A DNA stretch of 63,567 nucleotides, counting the filler, from Chiloscyllium plagiosum (Eukaryota), in the NCBI RefSeq assembly GCF_004010195.1. It is 5 parts of one record of this genome, joined end to end, with 100 filler letters (N's around TTAATTAATTAA, not from the genome) between each part and the next. Parts side by side here need not be neighbours in the genome. Positions count along the whole stretch, not along the records: positions 59,568 to 63,567 come from NC_057710.1; 4 more parts are not named here. One strand, written 5' to 3'. Each line of letters starts with the position of its first letter. Within the stretch, counting starts at the first letter, position 1. This document shows positions 62,611 to 63,567 of this stretch, piece after piece. The notes under the pieces were generated by a model. The model had not been told where the DNA came from and ran no database searches. It saw only the letters and a list, made by a program, of their open reading frames with translations. A program made the translations under genes and the position numbers.

Positions 62611-63225
62611 AGAACATAGAGCATAGAACATTACAGTGCAGTACAGGCCCTTCGGCCCTCGATGTTGCACCACCCTGTCATACTAATCTGAAGCCCATCT
62701 AACCTACACTATTCCATGTATGTCCATATGCCTGTCCAATGATGACTTAAATGCACTTAAACTTGGCGAATCTACTACCGATGCAGGCAAAGCATTCCAT
62801 ACCCTTACTACTCCTTGAGTAAAGAAACTACCTCTGACATCTGTCTTATACCTATATTCCCTCACTTTAAAGTTGTGTCCCCTCGTGCTTGCCATTCCCA
62901 TACTTGGAAAAAGGATCTCCCTGTCCACCCTATCTAACCCTCTGATTATCTTGTATGTCTCTATTAAGTCACCTCTCAACCTTCTTCTCTCGAACGAGAA
63001 CAGCCTCAAGGCCCTCAGCCTTTCCTCATAAGACATTCCTTCCATAACAGGCAACATCCTAGTAAATCTCCTTTGCACCCTTTCCAAGGCTTCCACATCC
63101 TTCTTATAATGCAGTGACCAGAACTATAGACAATACTCCAAGTGTGGCCGTACCAGAGCTTTGTACAGCTGCAGCATAACCTCCTGGTTCAGGAACTCAA
63201 TCCCTCTTTTAATAAAGGCCAAAAC
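62611..63225 (-). mobile_element. CR1 3' end
   Basis: EALERVQRRFTRMLP...RRRLRGDLIETYKI...VRVWNALP. Confidence 0.92.
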
Positions 63226-63491
63226 ATCTCTGCAGGACTTCCTCAGGATAGTGTCCAACCATCTTCAGCTGCTTCATCAATGACCTTCCCTCCATCATAA
63301 TGTCAGAAGTGGAGATGTTTGCCAATGATTGCACAATGTTTTGTGCTATTCACAATGCAATACCAAAGCAGCCCATTTTCAAATGCAATAAGATCTGGAC
63401 AGTATCCTGGCTTAGAGCAACAAGTGGCAAGTAACATCCATGCCACACAAGTGCCAGGCAATAAACATCTCCAATAGGAGAGAAGAGACTT

Positions 63492-63567
63492 CACTTCAAC
63501 AGTTTCCTCATTTCCCCTTCCCCCACCTCACCCCAGTTCCAAACTTCCAGCCCAGCACTGTCCCCAT
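63492..63567 (+). mobile_element. Penelope family-A 3' fragment at the window edge
   Basis: Matches 6191-6265 (ACTTCAACAGTTTCC...CAGCACTGTCCCCAT). Confidence 0.85.

Larger units (their letters stand above)
62230..63490 (+). mobile_element. decayed second-family (CR1/L2-like) LINE RT fragment hosting two insertions
   Basis: Homologous to 33400-33640 (TWKKE.NSRGEMRVTAL), then PQDS...FSCFINDLPS...MFANDC. Confidence 0.72.

Overview
Eukaryotic, repeat-dense draft-assembly DNA, most likely from a shark or other cartilaginous fish (inferred from HE1-like tRNA SINEs and HER1/CR1-like LINE 3' ends). It is not one verified continuous locus: four identical 100-bp spacers (44 N + TTAATTAATTAA + 44 N) join five separate segments. 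Most of the window is decayed retroelements: many CR1-type LINE fragments, a second CR1/L2-like LINE, RTE 3' ends, two SINE types, an old Gypsy LTR element with nested insertions, a Tigger-like MITE and a 33-bp minisatellite of about 52 copies. Host coding signal is sparse: one clear minus-strand phospholipase D1 exon (15878-15991) and a few candidate exons of unidentified genes. The most interesting system is a set of Penelope-like elements (RT + GIY-YIG) from about five terminal families. Their ends carry minimal hammerhead ribozyme cores, and they repeatedly occur as short non-coding fold-back insertions built as TSD - inverted arm - sense arm - unpaired 30-40 nt tail - TSD, with 12-16 bp TSDs. 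Boundaries of decayed repeats are read by eye and approximate.
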